From Tubiluchus corallicola (taxonomy: Eukaryota > Animalia > Priapulida): a stretch of DNA of 64,000 nucleotides. Location of the stretch: assembly GCA_030141605.1 (NCBI GenBank), contig JAQGDQ010000046.1, positions 558,001 to 622,000 of the forward strand. Direction: 5' to 3'. This document shows, piece by piece, positions 53,194 to 64,000 of this stretch; the stretch's first letter is position 1, and each line of letters opens with the position of its first letter. The notes below the pieces were generated by a model that was given only the letters and a program-made list of their open reading frames with translations, did no database searches and was not told where the DNA came from. Made by a program: the position numbers and the translations under genes.

Positions 53194-53799
53194 CTAAGAA
53201 TAATTATAACATAATAGTTGCTACGAAAAATTTAGTTTAACTGTATATTACCAACTGTATTACTAACTGTAATATACACAGAAGGGAATTTCTTGTTAAA
53301 CTGTCTTACATATATAGTCAATAATTGCCGAATAAATGGATCACCAAAACTCATAAAAAAGTTCATATTTCTTTGATTAAAGCAAATTTATAATGTTGTC
53401 ACCATCATGTCTGTCCTCCGACTACACCCTGTCTACAAAAATGTCTCGCGTCTCAATATAAAATTATTGGTTCATCACCAAAAAATTACAAAACATTTTA
53501 ATGAGCCTGAAAATGCTTTAATTTCAATAAAATTTGTAAAATTTGCAATATGCGAAAGTATTTTTCTTGTTAAATCCTATGCACCATAACTATAAAAAAA
53601 TAATGTTCGTTTAATCGTTTAATTTATAGTTTACTTTTTTTATTTGTTTACTTTGTTTTATGATAATTAACCCTAAAACACTGATAAAGATCTAGTGTTT
53701 CATTTATGCTAAGTCCTTTGTAACTTGTTTTTTGTTTCAATGCCAGCTATCATCTCCCACAATCACCTCATATTGCATCTCATTCTTACGTCACGCGAT

Positions 53800-54660
53800 T
53801 GCACCAAGATTAAGAATTTGCTCTGGTAGGCATGCACCCCATTTTCTAACAAATTCATTAGAATCAATGTCTTTCTTTTACTTTACTGTGGTGCTTATCA
53901 GAACATTCTGAAATCCACTTTGGCCTCTTGCACATGTAGAATAAGTCAGGTATCAACTTCCTCTTCAGGTGCATGAAGAAATACCATCTACACGTGATTT
54001 ATCTTCTTCAAAAAAAGACAAAGCTTTGTCATTAATTATGGCATACAGGCTTTCATTTCCATTTGTTTGCACAGGTAGCAAATAATTCACTATTATTTTC
54101 TTCAGTTAAAGAATCTTTCCAGTTCTTGGGAAGTGTTCTTCTACCTTCATGTTACACTCTATCCTTGCATGCTCTGCCCATGCTTCTGCTTTCAGAAGGT
54201 CTTTTTGATACGTGTTTACACAAGATCTACACTTTCATAATCTTGCAACTAACATTCAGTACGCTCATTTTGTATTGCTATTTTGCATAACATTTTTAGT
54301 AAATAAAGTGATATAATTAAATGTTGTTAAGTCATACTGTATTTTACTAGGGTAAGACTTTTGTACATCTGTGTACCAATTTTAGAACCATCAATGCCAT
54401 CATTATGAGCATTGCACTTAAGAGTCAAGTTACATTTTCATATAGTCAAGTTTTTCCAAGCACACTCCCATTTCTTCCCAGCAGCAAATTAATATTTCTG
54501 GTCAGATTGTTTACAGGACAAGCATACAATATCACCTTCCTTTGCAAACTGATAAATGTTACAATTTTATCTTCTGTGAATCAGTTTTATCATCAGTTTC
54601 ATGTGTTAACAATTACTTCTAGCCAAGCTAATTTGAAATCTGTAGCCAAACACAGTTTTC
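53800..54660 (-). mobile_element. Relic of a PIN/XPG-domain transposase (Academ-like)
   Basis: Frameshifted pieces VDLV...LLKAE...LPKNWKDSL...NSELF and EEVDT*LILHVQEA...GFQNVLI resemble the EEADTRLILH motif. Confidence 0.45.
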
Positions 54661-55393
54661 CTTAGTATACAACGACTCTGAAATAGTGACAAAAGTACAA
54701 CTGCTATCGTTTATATAACTTAATCAGGCCTGGTAGTTATTACCCTACAACTAACTGGGTAGCTAGAAACCATACGTTAAGAGTACTTCTATATTTAACA
54801 GTTGCGACATGACGTGTCCTGAAATTTTCGGGTCACGTAACTTGTGGATGTCATTTTGGTTCCACCTCAGCAGACGCTCGCATAAACTGTATTCAAGTGT
54901 TTTGTAAATTTTGTCATTTGGTAAAAATTATTAATTATGGTGAACTGCTGTGTGCGCGGCTGCGCTAGCAGGCACGAAAAGGGTTATATACTATGTACAG
55001 TATAGACAGATTTCCAACAAGTCCACTTAAAAGAGAAATATTGACTACTAAGTTGAATAGTAACTAGAGTAATTAGACTGTAATGAGCAATGAACAGTGG
55101 CATGGCAAGACTTAAATAAATATATTTCATATTTTAAACTTGAAGTGATGCAATTATGTACACTTTTATTTTGTGAATTAAGTTACTTTATACTAAGCTG
55201 TACGAGGCTTCCAACTGCCTTAGATATGCCTAAATTAGGTACGATAATATTACGGTGCTGTTTTAACACTAAGTGGCCTAATATACAGGAGAAGGTAGTA
55301 TGATATTGTTCATACAGGTTAAACATATTGTTTCAAAAATTGCAAAATTTTCTAAACCATAACGAGAAGTCTACACCCAATTTATTCTAGTTG

Positions 55394-55395
<2 letters not shown>

Positions 55396-55462
<67 letters not shown>

Positions 55463-55470
55463 TCTCTCTC
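55396..55470. repeat. (CT)n microsatellite
   Basis: Read directly. Confidence 0.95.
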
Positions 55471-55882
55471 CTTTGCTTGCTCTTATACATAAATATTGTA
55501 TTTTTTAGGGTACACTTCAACAAGAACCAGTATGAGAAAAATGGAGCAGATAGGAAAAAGAAACAAAACAATGCTATTCCTCTTTTTGAAGCCTGGCTTT
55601 GCAAGACCATATCACCCAAAAAGGGAAACTGTTCTCCTGCGAAATAGCATAATAAATGCACTTCTTTACAAGACCATCAGTACTGCAAGGTTACACAATC
55701 TATGCATACAAATGAATGCAATGAACTTGCGCCAGAACAGAATAACAATGACATTGACTTTCTGTATTTTGTAGTCAATATTCGAGTATGATTTGTAATA
55801 CATATATAAATTTCAGCCAATGTTCAGCTTTGGTTTGTTTACCATTATTTCTGTTGATAATGATTTAATTGGTTTTGGTGTG

Positions 55883-56492
55883 CAGTAGGCGCCACTTAAC
55901 AGACTCACTTCAAGACGGAAGCGTTTTGACCTAATTAACCGACTGAACCTATTAGCCGATGGGTGTAGTATTACAGGTATAGAAAGTATGAGTCGTCAGC
56001 TTAATATACACTGCAAAGGTTTTTAAAGAATTTTAGAAAGGAAGTAATGCGTAAATTCCTTTGTGCAATTAAAAATTTAAAATAATAAGTTATATAAGTG
56101 AATTAGCAATAAATTAAAAAGTATACTTTTCAAAATCACACAGGTCTGTTTGTTTGCAAAAATGACTGTACGCTACATCGCTAGTAACTGCTACGCTAGC
56201 ATATTAGCACATGATAAGCATACTTGTACCTGCTTACAAACAAAATGGTATTTAACGAGATTGTTTCTATCCATATTATAGTTCACAAAAGCGAAGCTAA
56301 GATGACATACAAGTGGGAAAGGCTCTTTGGGCACATACAAATGTCTTATTTTAACTACATGAAGGAAAATATTGAGTCAATTACCAACAGTTTTTTATGT
56401 AAACTTGAATAGGAGCGGCCCATACCAGACATTTTTGAGTCAATTAAGTGACTGAGTCTATTAACTGCGAGTCTATTAAGCGGGGCCTACTG
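55883..56492. mobile_element. Tc1/mariner-type MITE
   Basis: CAGTAGGCGCCACTTAACAGACTC and GAGTCTATTAAGCGGGGCCTACTG inverted ends; TA on the right, TG on the left. Confidence 0.75.
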
Positions 56493-57569
56493 TACATACA
56501 TGTTTGAGAGCTACATTTTATTTTGTATACAACAACTTTTGGTAAATTGCTAATTTAGGTAATTTCATCGGGTTACAACCGAATATTACATATTAAAATG
56601 AATGCCATCTCCAAATTTAACATATTTACGTACCTTCTTAGTTCACATTTTCATTTATTGTATAACAGCATTCCACGGTCAGTTTTCATGTTATCACTTG
56701 TTTGAATACATTTTAATGAAATTTGTTCATCAGTTCAAATTTTTAGTGCCTTTAATCTTGTATTTTAGAGGAAATTCATTCATTTGCTTAATCGGCTTGA
56801 ACAGCTACATCAAAATCATTTTGGAGCCAAAAATAGCAATAACAAATTTTATGCTAAAAATTTGTACGTATTATGTATTTCGATCAAGCTACAAAATGCA
56901 ACCAAATATTTGTAAAAAAGGTACAATGATTTTTATCACATTTCTCGAGTAATTATCTTATTCTTTGGGAGCTTGCTAACTTGCAGATATTAACGAGTCG
57001 ATTTTACTATTGAACATTTGTGGACTGTAAAACTATATCATGAACAGTACATACTATTTGTTTAAGCAAAGCATTTACTGAACAGAAAACAAAAAAACTG
57101 TTCCAGAATGTGTGTTATAATTACTTATCCTAATTATAATAAACTTGTGATCAACTCGAGGTCCAGGATACGGCATACTATCAAACACTCAATGGCTTTC
57201 ACTTTAATGGTTTAAAGCCAAACTTGCTTGTTTATTCAACAAAGCCACTTATTCACTTTTATCAATGGGGTAACTGAACGCTATTGTCGCAAGTTAAGTT
57301 GCTACCAGGTAACCTACAATGCAAACGATTCTGATTTTTGAAACTCATCCTGTGACTCACTCATAGCCATAGTGTGCTAAATAACCCCATTTGTTATTGC
57401 AAAGGACTTTTTTAATTTAAATAGGAGAGGCTCGTATACATAAGTGCGACCTATTATTCCCAAGCCACTAACATACGCACATGTATAGAGTGAGTCAGTA
57501 CACAGTCTGCACCCACATGTATAAGATTTGAAGGGATCTGAAACAGTATATAATTTCTTGCAGTTAATT

Positions 57570-60500
57570 GATTCTATATTACATTAATTTATTATCTTAG
57601 GATACCTTAGGTGTTTTGGTTTTATCCAGCTTATTTTTGAATGTATTTATATTGGGTGCAGATACCACTTCATTTGTCGGACTATTCCAGGCGTTAACGA
57701 TCTTGCTTGAAAAGCTGTGAAGACATACCGATTTATACCCTCTAGTCAATGTTATACTCACTACAGCAATGTCATACTTTTGGTGCAGAATTTAATACAT
57801 TTCTATCATATCTCCTCTAAGCCATCTGTAAACCAGTATAGATAGTTTTAGCTGCCCGAGTCTCTCTTCATATGGTAATCATTTTAAATCGGTCAGGCTT
57901 TTTGTGGCATATCTCTGAATTTGTTTGATGATATCAATGAAGCCAATCATAACAGGACTCCAAACCAACCTAGAGAATTCAAGATGTGGCCTCACCTGCA
58001 TCTTGTATAACCAAACAAAGATATCATGATCCAAACTTCTCTTTATTATTCCCGTCATTACCTCGACTCTACTGATTTTTTATTAACATGCCCCTCGAAA
58101 GTTAGCAGTTTGTCGAATGTTACACATCCTTTCTGGGAGCCACCCATGGAATATGCTTGCAATTTTTCCCAAAAATCAACAAATACTCTCTAGCAGGATT
58201 GTCTTTTTTAATACTTGTTTTATTTATAGCTTTATATTTCTCAGTGTTGAGATGGACAGCTACTCTGTCTTCTTCTCATTGTATTACCCTACACAGTTCA
58301 GTATCATCTGCAAACATCAGTGTACTAGAGGCAACATTTGTTGGCAGGTCATTGATGTATATCACAAATAACACCGGGCCGAGGCCACTCCCCACTGGTA
58401 TACCACTATGAACTGGCTGCCAACTTGAACTACTTCCTTGAATCAGTACTTTCTGTTATCTTCCTTGTAGAAAGCTAGAAATCCAGGTGACAATTTCTCT
58501 ATTGATACAGTAGGACTCGAGTTTTCGAAGAAGTCTGAAATGCGTTCCTTGTTCAAAAACCTTTTCAAAATCTAAATAAATAGTATCCACTTCATATCCA
58601 TTATCTAGTGCCTCAGTCCATTTCTTCAGAACCCACAACAACTGTAAACTAGTGGAACACCCAGGCAAAAAACCATACTGATTGTTACATATAAATCTAT
58701 TATTCAGCAAATAATACAGTATTATCTGGGCTCTGACAAACTTTTCCATCACTTTACAGAGTATGCTCCTTAGTAATATCATCCAATCCCTCTGATTTGA
58801 TCACATTGAGTCCCTTCAATTTCTCACATACCATCTCCTCAGTGATAACTAGATTCCCCATAGGTGTCTCAGGGGTCAATGGTTGCAAACACTAGCAAAA
58901 TATTCAGACAATGTTTCTGCTATTTCCTCATTGCTAGTAGTTAAATCGGAGTTGTTATTATTAGCACTTTGTAGAGCTCAGTAATCCCTTCTCGGAGTTT
59001 ATATTTAGACTTAACGTATTTCCATAGAGCTTTTGGCTTATTTTTACCATTATGTGGAATTTGTCTTACATAATCTCTTCTCTGCTTCCTGATTTCATAG
59101 GTTGCTCGATTTCATGCTCTGTTATATTCTAATCTACTTTCATCAGAAAGGATTGCACAATGCCTTTTCCAGAGACGTTTTTTCTTACGCAAAAGTTGTC
59201 TACACCATACATTCAAAGGTGTTTATTTGTTTTTCATTCTCATTAGCAAAGGATTTCCTGACAAACTTCGTCTTAAGTTTATTCATCTGACTTGCAAAAT
59301 CCTCCCATGCCTGACCAACATCTCGTTCTAATAAGTTCCACGAAGCAGATTTAACTTCATCCCTAATGGCATTAAGTCAGCTGCATTATAATTCCAATGC
59401 ACCTGTGAGTTATAGGCCATTGCAATTTGACATGTGAAACAAAAACACAGAATTGAATGGTCACTTAATCCCAATGGATCAATATACGTTAGATCCTCAA
59501 CCACTGCAGCCTCATATAATGTGTACAATAGTTATTTCTGGAACAGAAATCGAAACTGGGAGTCTGTCATAGCAACATTTTATTTGAACACGAATCACTG
59601 AAAAACATGTTTGGAGAAATATCGGTTCACGGTGATTACTTTTGCAACCCTTTCCAATTTCGCTGACTTTTCACCCCATTTTAATAATTATCTTTGAATT
59701 TTCCATGACTTTCCAGGATCGAGTAGACTCGGTAGGTTCTTTCCGCAAGCTCGAGCTGGCTCCTCAACATGTTGATGCAGACTATTTATTAATAACAAGT
59801 TTATGAATTCTTCTGGGAAATGTTAGTTGTTTGACCCTGACAAACATAAGTTGTTTGAGCAATTGATACTTGGATAATTAAAGTCTCCTACTATTAGCAA
59901 ATGACTCGTGGTTTTTTGTAATGCTTGCCTGTATCAATTTCACTAAGTCACAGTTGTTGACTGCACTTCCACTGTTACTTATATATATATATATATATAT
60001 ATACATCCAAACAACAGACTGTCTTTGTGGTTGTTACTTTCTAGATTTATTTTTAGCCAAAGTGACTCTAAAAACTCCAACTCCCAAGACGACTGTTGCC
60101 CCAGGTCAAACTCCTCTGTAGATAAATTACAATACCTATGCCATTAATTACTTCAAAATTTACATAAAAGCAGCAGCAATAATTATTCAGTGCAAACTAT
60201 GTCATTGTTTGTTCAAAGTTGGGTTTTTTTACCTCGTTTCAATAATATGAGGCTGCTGCAATTCAACTTTACACTTTAGTTCATCAGTTTTCTTGACCAG
60301 GCTGTCAGCATTTGTGCAAAAGCATTGAATCTAGGTTTTCAGTTTTAAATTTTCCAGTCCTGTCATCTTCTTGCACTCTTCTGCGACAATCATTGTTGTT
60401 AGCATGTTGAGTATGTTATTAGCATAAATTCTTTCTGGATTATTTGTATCACACATGCTATTATATACACTATTTACAACTGCAGAGACAAGTTCATCTA

Positions 60501-60745
60501 TTGATTCGGATCTGGTACAGGCTCTTCTATCACCTTGCCTTGTTTTATTTTCAACATCAAAGTATTGACCTCTTTCTGAGTTTCAGCCTTTTTTGTTGCT
60601 AGTTACTTCCTTAGTGTCTTGTTTTCTTGTCGCTGAATCGGAGTTAAGTCTGGGTATATGCCTATAACTCTCAGCCTCTTGTTTTTTTTATTCTTTTAGT
60701 ACTTGTGCTTTCTTTAGAATCTTCCCTTACAGCTTCTTCTATTGT
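57570..60745 (-). mobile_element. Degenerate CR1-type LINE (ORF1 end, APE endonuclease, RT)
   Basis: PDLTPIQRQE (ORF1), CFCTNADSL, IVGDFNYP, PLGLSDH, NQYGFLPGCST, IYLDFEKVF, SGIPVGSGLGPVLFVIYINDLP, MFADDT, IVNAWN...FKNKLDK; many stops and frameshifts. Confidence 0.92.
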
Positions 60746-61035
60746 GGCTCTTAATAAAGTAAGTTTAGTAAGTAAGTAAGTTTATTATTTTATCACCCTT
60801 TTTAAAATAGCAAAATACACAACACAGTGATTTATAAGTCTGTCGAACATACAATGATATTACAAAGTGCAAAAGTAATTATTGATTAGAGGTGAAAGGG
60901 TAGCGAAAGAACTATAAGATATCGAGGTCAGCCACTCTTTCAGAATTGTTACTAATATAATTAATTAATGCGCATATACCAAGTAATTAAAAATCATCAA
61001 AAATAGAAAAAAGGCATAAGAAAAAGACTCCTTAC

Positions 61036-61100
61036 CATCAATAGCGTTTCATATCATTCGTTAAAAATATTATTTACATCGACAGCCAGCCATTTTAGAC
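61036..61100 (-). other. Possible further non-coding exon
   Basis: aacag acceptor, G|gtaagg donor; stops in all three frames. Confidence 0.3.
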
Positions 61101-61799
61101 CTGTTCATAACATAAAAGCATTCAATTCCTCGATGAAGCCACGAGATCTCAAACAGGTGAAAAAAATTTAGGGTACAGTACAAGAACCAAAAACGAATAG
61201 CAATTCCCTGCTAGATAATCACTTGGCAAAAATTTATTTCCGACTTCATTTTCTTCTCATTATGTAATTCTTGTAGTCCGTAAATAGCGCAACGTACAGT
61301 AAATATCGGAAAATTTGCTGATTTAGCTCTGATCTCAAAGAGACTGATTTGGTAATTATATGGTTATTTTATATTACATTGTCGATTATTAGTAGTTTGA
61401 GATATTGCTATGTTAAATAACAATAATTTAGAAAATTGCGAAGTGATCGGTGACCTCTACTAAGTAAGAGACTGCCAGTCCTATACTGGCGCTGTAAAAT
61501 ATGATTGAATATTACCAACTGTAATTCGGGTATGACAAGTAATAACTGGAGAAACATTATTACTAATAACACTTAATATAATTAATTAATATTATTACTA
61601 GTATCAAGAAACTCAGTGTGTCTTGCTGCAAAAAGTAATTTAATAAGTTCAATTTCTAGTCCACTAATAAAAACAACTGGTTATTTTGTTTATTTATTAT
61701 TGATAATTTAGTAGTTAATTGTTCAATATCACTTAAAGGAGTTCTTATAGAAGATTAAGGGCACAACACTTAATAACATTGACATTTAGAGGTTGGTGG

Positions 61800-62698
61800 T
61801 GTTGGGAGCCAAGTGGACCACTGCGCCAAGTAGACCAATTGGTCTACTTGGGCTGCCCAAGTAGGACACTAGAGACAGGTCGCGAATTGAGTCGTTAAGT
61901 GTACTGACACCGTCCGTTGTGCTTGTTTATGTAATAATAATAATTAAAAACGTTAGTACACGTTGAATAATTTATTATACATCTAATAAAATAAAAGAAT
62001 TTTATTCTGAGCTGGTAAAAGCACCGCGAGGCGGTCGAGAGGTTGGACTTAATTAGCTCAGCAAAAAATTTTTTGATGGCTACCTTGCCTTTGAAGCGAT
62101 CAGTTTATGCCCACTCATACATACACACAGTGATTGCTATTTCAGTTCAAAATCAATTTTCGTTTTGTTTTGAAAATATCAGTTTGTTCATAGGGCAACA
62201 TCGCTATAACAAACCAATATTTTTCATCCACACTGAGGATTTGGAATTAATGTTAGAAAAATTTATCAGCTGCATTTTTATAAACTTGTTTATGCAATTC
62301 AAGTTGGAAAATATTTGACTGAATTAGCAATGCACTTTCACAGAATGCAATACAAAATAAAAATAAATATGACTATGGAAACAATAATAAATACGAGCAA
62401 AGTAAATAACAGGCTAAGCTACAACAATATTACAAAATAACATTTTGGTTGGGACTCAAAAAACTCAAAAAAGTTATTACTAGTAACACAATAAACCAAA
62501 ACTTGACAAAAGGCAAAACTTGACAAAAGTTCATAAACACTGGAATATTCTCACTTAATATTTAAGTCTACAGCTAAACAATCCTACATCTAACACCTAC
62601 ATTTATCGCTAGTGTCCTACTTGGGCTGCCCATGTAGGACACTACTTTTAGCGCATCAAGTGGTCTACTTGGCGCAGTGGTCCACTCGGCTCCCAACA
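61800..62698. mobile_element. Non-autonomous TIR element with TGT...ACA ends (Ginger-like)
   Basis: TIR of about 38 bp TGTTGGGAGCC(A/G)AGTGGACCACTGCGCCAAGTAGACCA; perfect 5-bp TSD GGTGG. Confidence 0.85.
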
Positions 62699-64000
62699 GG
62701 TGGTCTTCAGTAAGTATCAATTGTTAATTATACAAAAACAAAATACTAGATACCTTCGTAGCTTCATACATATCTTTATAGGTATTCACTGAACCGTCAC
62801 AAAATGTAGGTAAAAAATTAGACGATACTATCTCAAACACAAACACAAAATACAACGTGCACGAGGTCAAACGCCTTTTCAGAATTTAATCTGAAATTCT
62901 GACAATTTTTCGCCCTTCACTTCTTTCATTAATAATTCTGGATTTTCTTGACGGGTTATCGTGTGCAAAGCCGGCCTCTGTTTTTGTGAGCCTGTTACAG
63001 TGCATTCCTGAAAATCTAAGATTATTACTTTGCCTTAATAAGCACGAATAATAATTATTTTAGTCCTGCTAATTAATTTGGGGTATAGTTGTCGTTGTTG
63101 TTGTTGTTATTATTATTATTACAAACACTGGGATTCAGTTTAGTACACTCCTGTACCGTTAGTCACTTAGTCATCAATCAAGGTTGTCCCTACACTGCTG
63201 TATTGTTATCAGAGATGTTGTCATGAAAAAATGTTCACTGTTCAGCCAAAACATTAATCCGGAGGTTAGTTGCTAGAGCCCGTGAAATTATAGACTCGCA
63301 CGGTTTTCATTTTCGATTACTGTCACATGCCAAAAATGTCTATATAGTGTTGCAGTAATTTTTGAAATGAATTGTGAGACTGCTCTACACAGGATTAATA
63401 TACTATATTACTATACTGAGGATTAATTGTTATGTTCACTACATTACTATACAAAAGTTGAGTGTCCTCGTGTCTCAAAAAATATTATTCCAGCAGCTAA
63501 AATCGACAGATAAAACAAGGTTGAAGCTAATGTGAACTGAGTCTAAAAGCTTTTTACACCTACTGAGCTGCAGACAGGTGCTATGCACGTATTTTGGCTG
63601 ACATAAGCTGCTCGCCGAACCACTTTAGAAAAAATATAGCTTAAATTTGGCTGTATGCATTGCCTACAATTGAAAAGGGCTAGGAAATCAGAATATGTAA
63701 TCAAACTAAAGTGTAAAAACAAACTACAATCACTGAAATTATAAGCAACACAAGAAATAAAATCAATTACATACAGAAGTAAAACATGTAGAAGCAGGCA
63801 AGAATACAAACAACAGGGATCGGAAAGCTTCATAGGAACAGCGTAGTCTCAATGTGACAGTAGATTCGATGCAGATGAAGCATCTCTTTTATCACTGGCA
63901 GAACAGTGATATAATGGGTTGTTTCCCTGCCTGCTTATTATATTGTCAAAATATATTATATTGAACACTAGAACATACAATTTAAAGCAAATTACAGTAA

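Noticed and set aside
55371-55661. ORF with an ER repeat
   Set aside because: Translation of the (CT)n microsatellite.
58456-58782. RT-like ORF as a functional gene
   Set aside because: Fragment of a frameshifted, stop-containing CR1 LINE.

Overview
AT-rich animal (invertebrate-type) genomic DNA. About 50 kb of the minus strand is one large spliced gene of the polycystin-1 (PKD1/PKD1L/REJ) family. I assembled 34 phase-compatible GT-AG coding exons (about 6,420 nt, about 2,140 codons) from a signal-peptide ATG at 50587 to the left edge of the window, where the gene continues. Order: signal peptide, EGF, WSC, WSC, WSC, EGF, WSC, EGF, PKD-like, REJ, GAIN with an intact HL|T GPS, TM1, start of the usual cytoplasmic PLAT. 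The most unusual feature is a roughly 375-aa insertion in one loop of the GAIN domain. It consists of a 32-cysteine module with helical spacing followed by a complete second PLAT/LH2 domain, which must be extracellular given the topology. Introns and the upstream region carry a solo LTR, Tc1/mariner-, hAT- and Ginger-like non-autonomous elements, decayed CR1-group LINEs, a PIN/XPG-type (Academ-like) transposase relic, microsatellites and a spacerless palindrome of about 265 bp. Candidate 5' UTR exons carry uORFs, one overlapping the start codon. All domain calls are motif recognition by eye; no searches were run.
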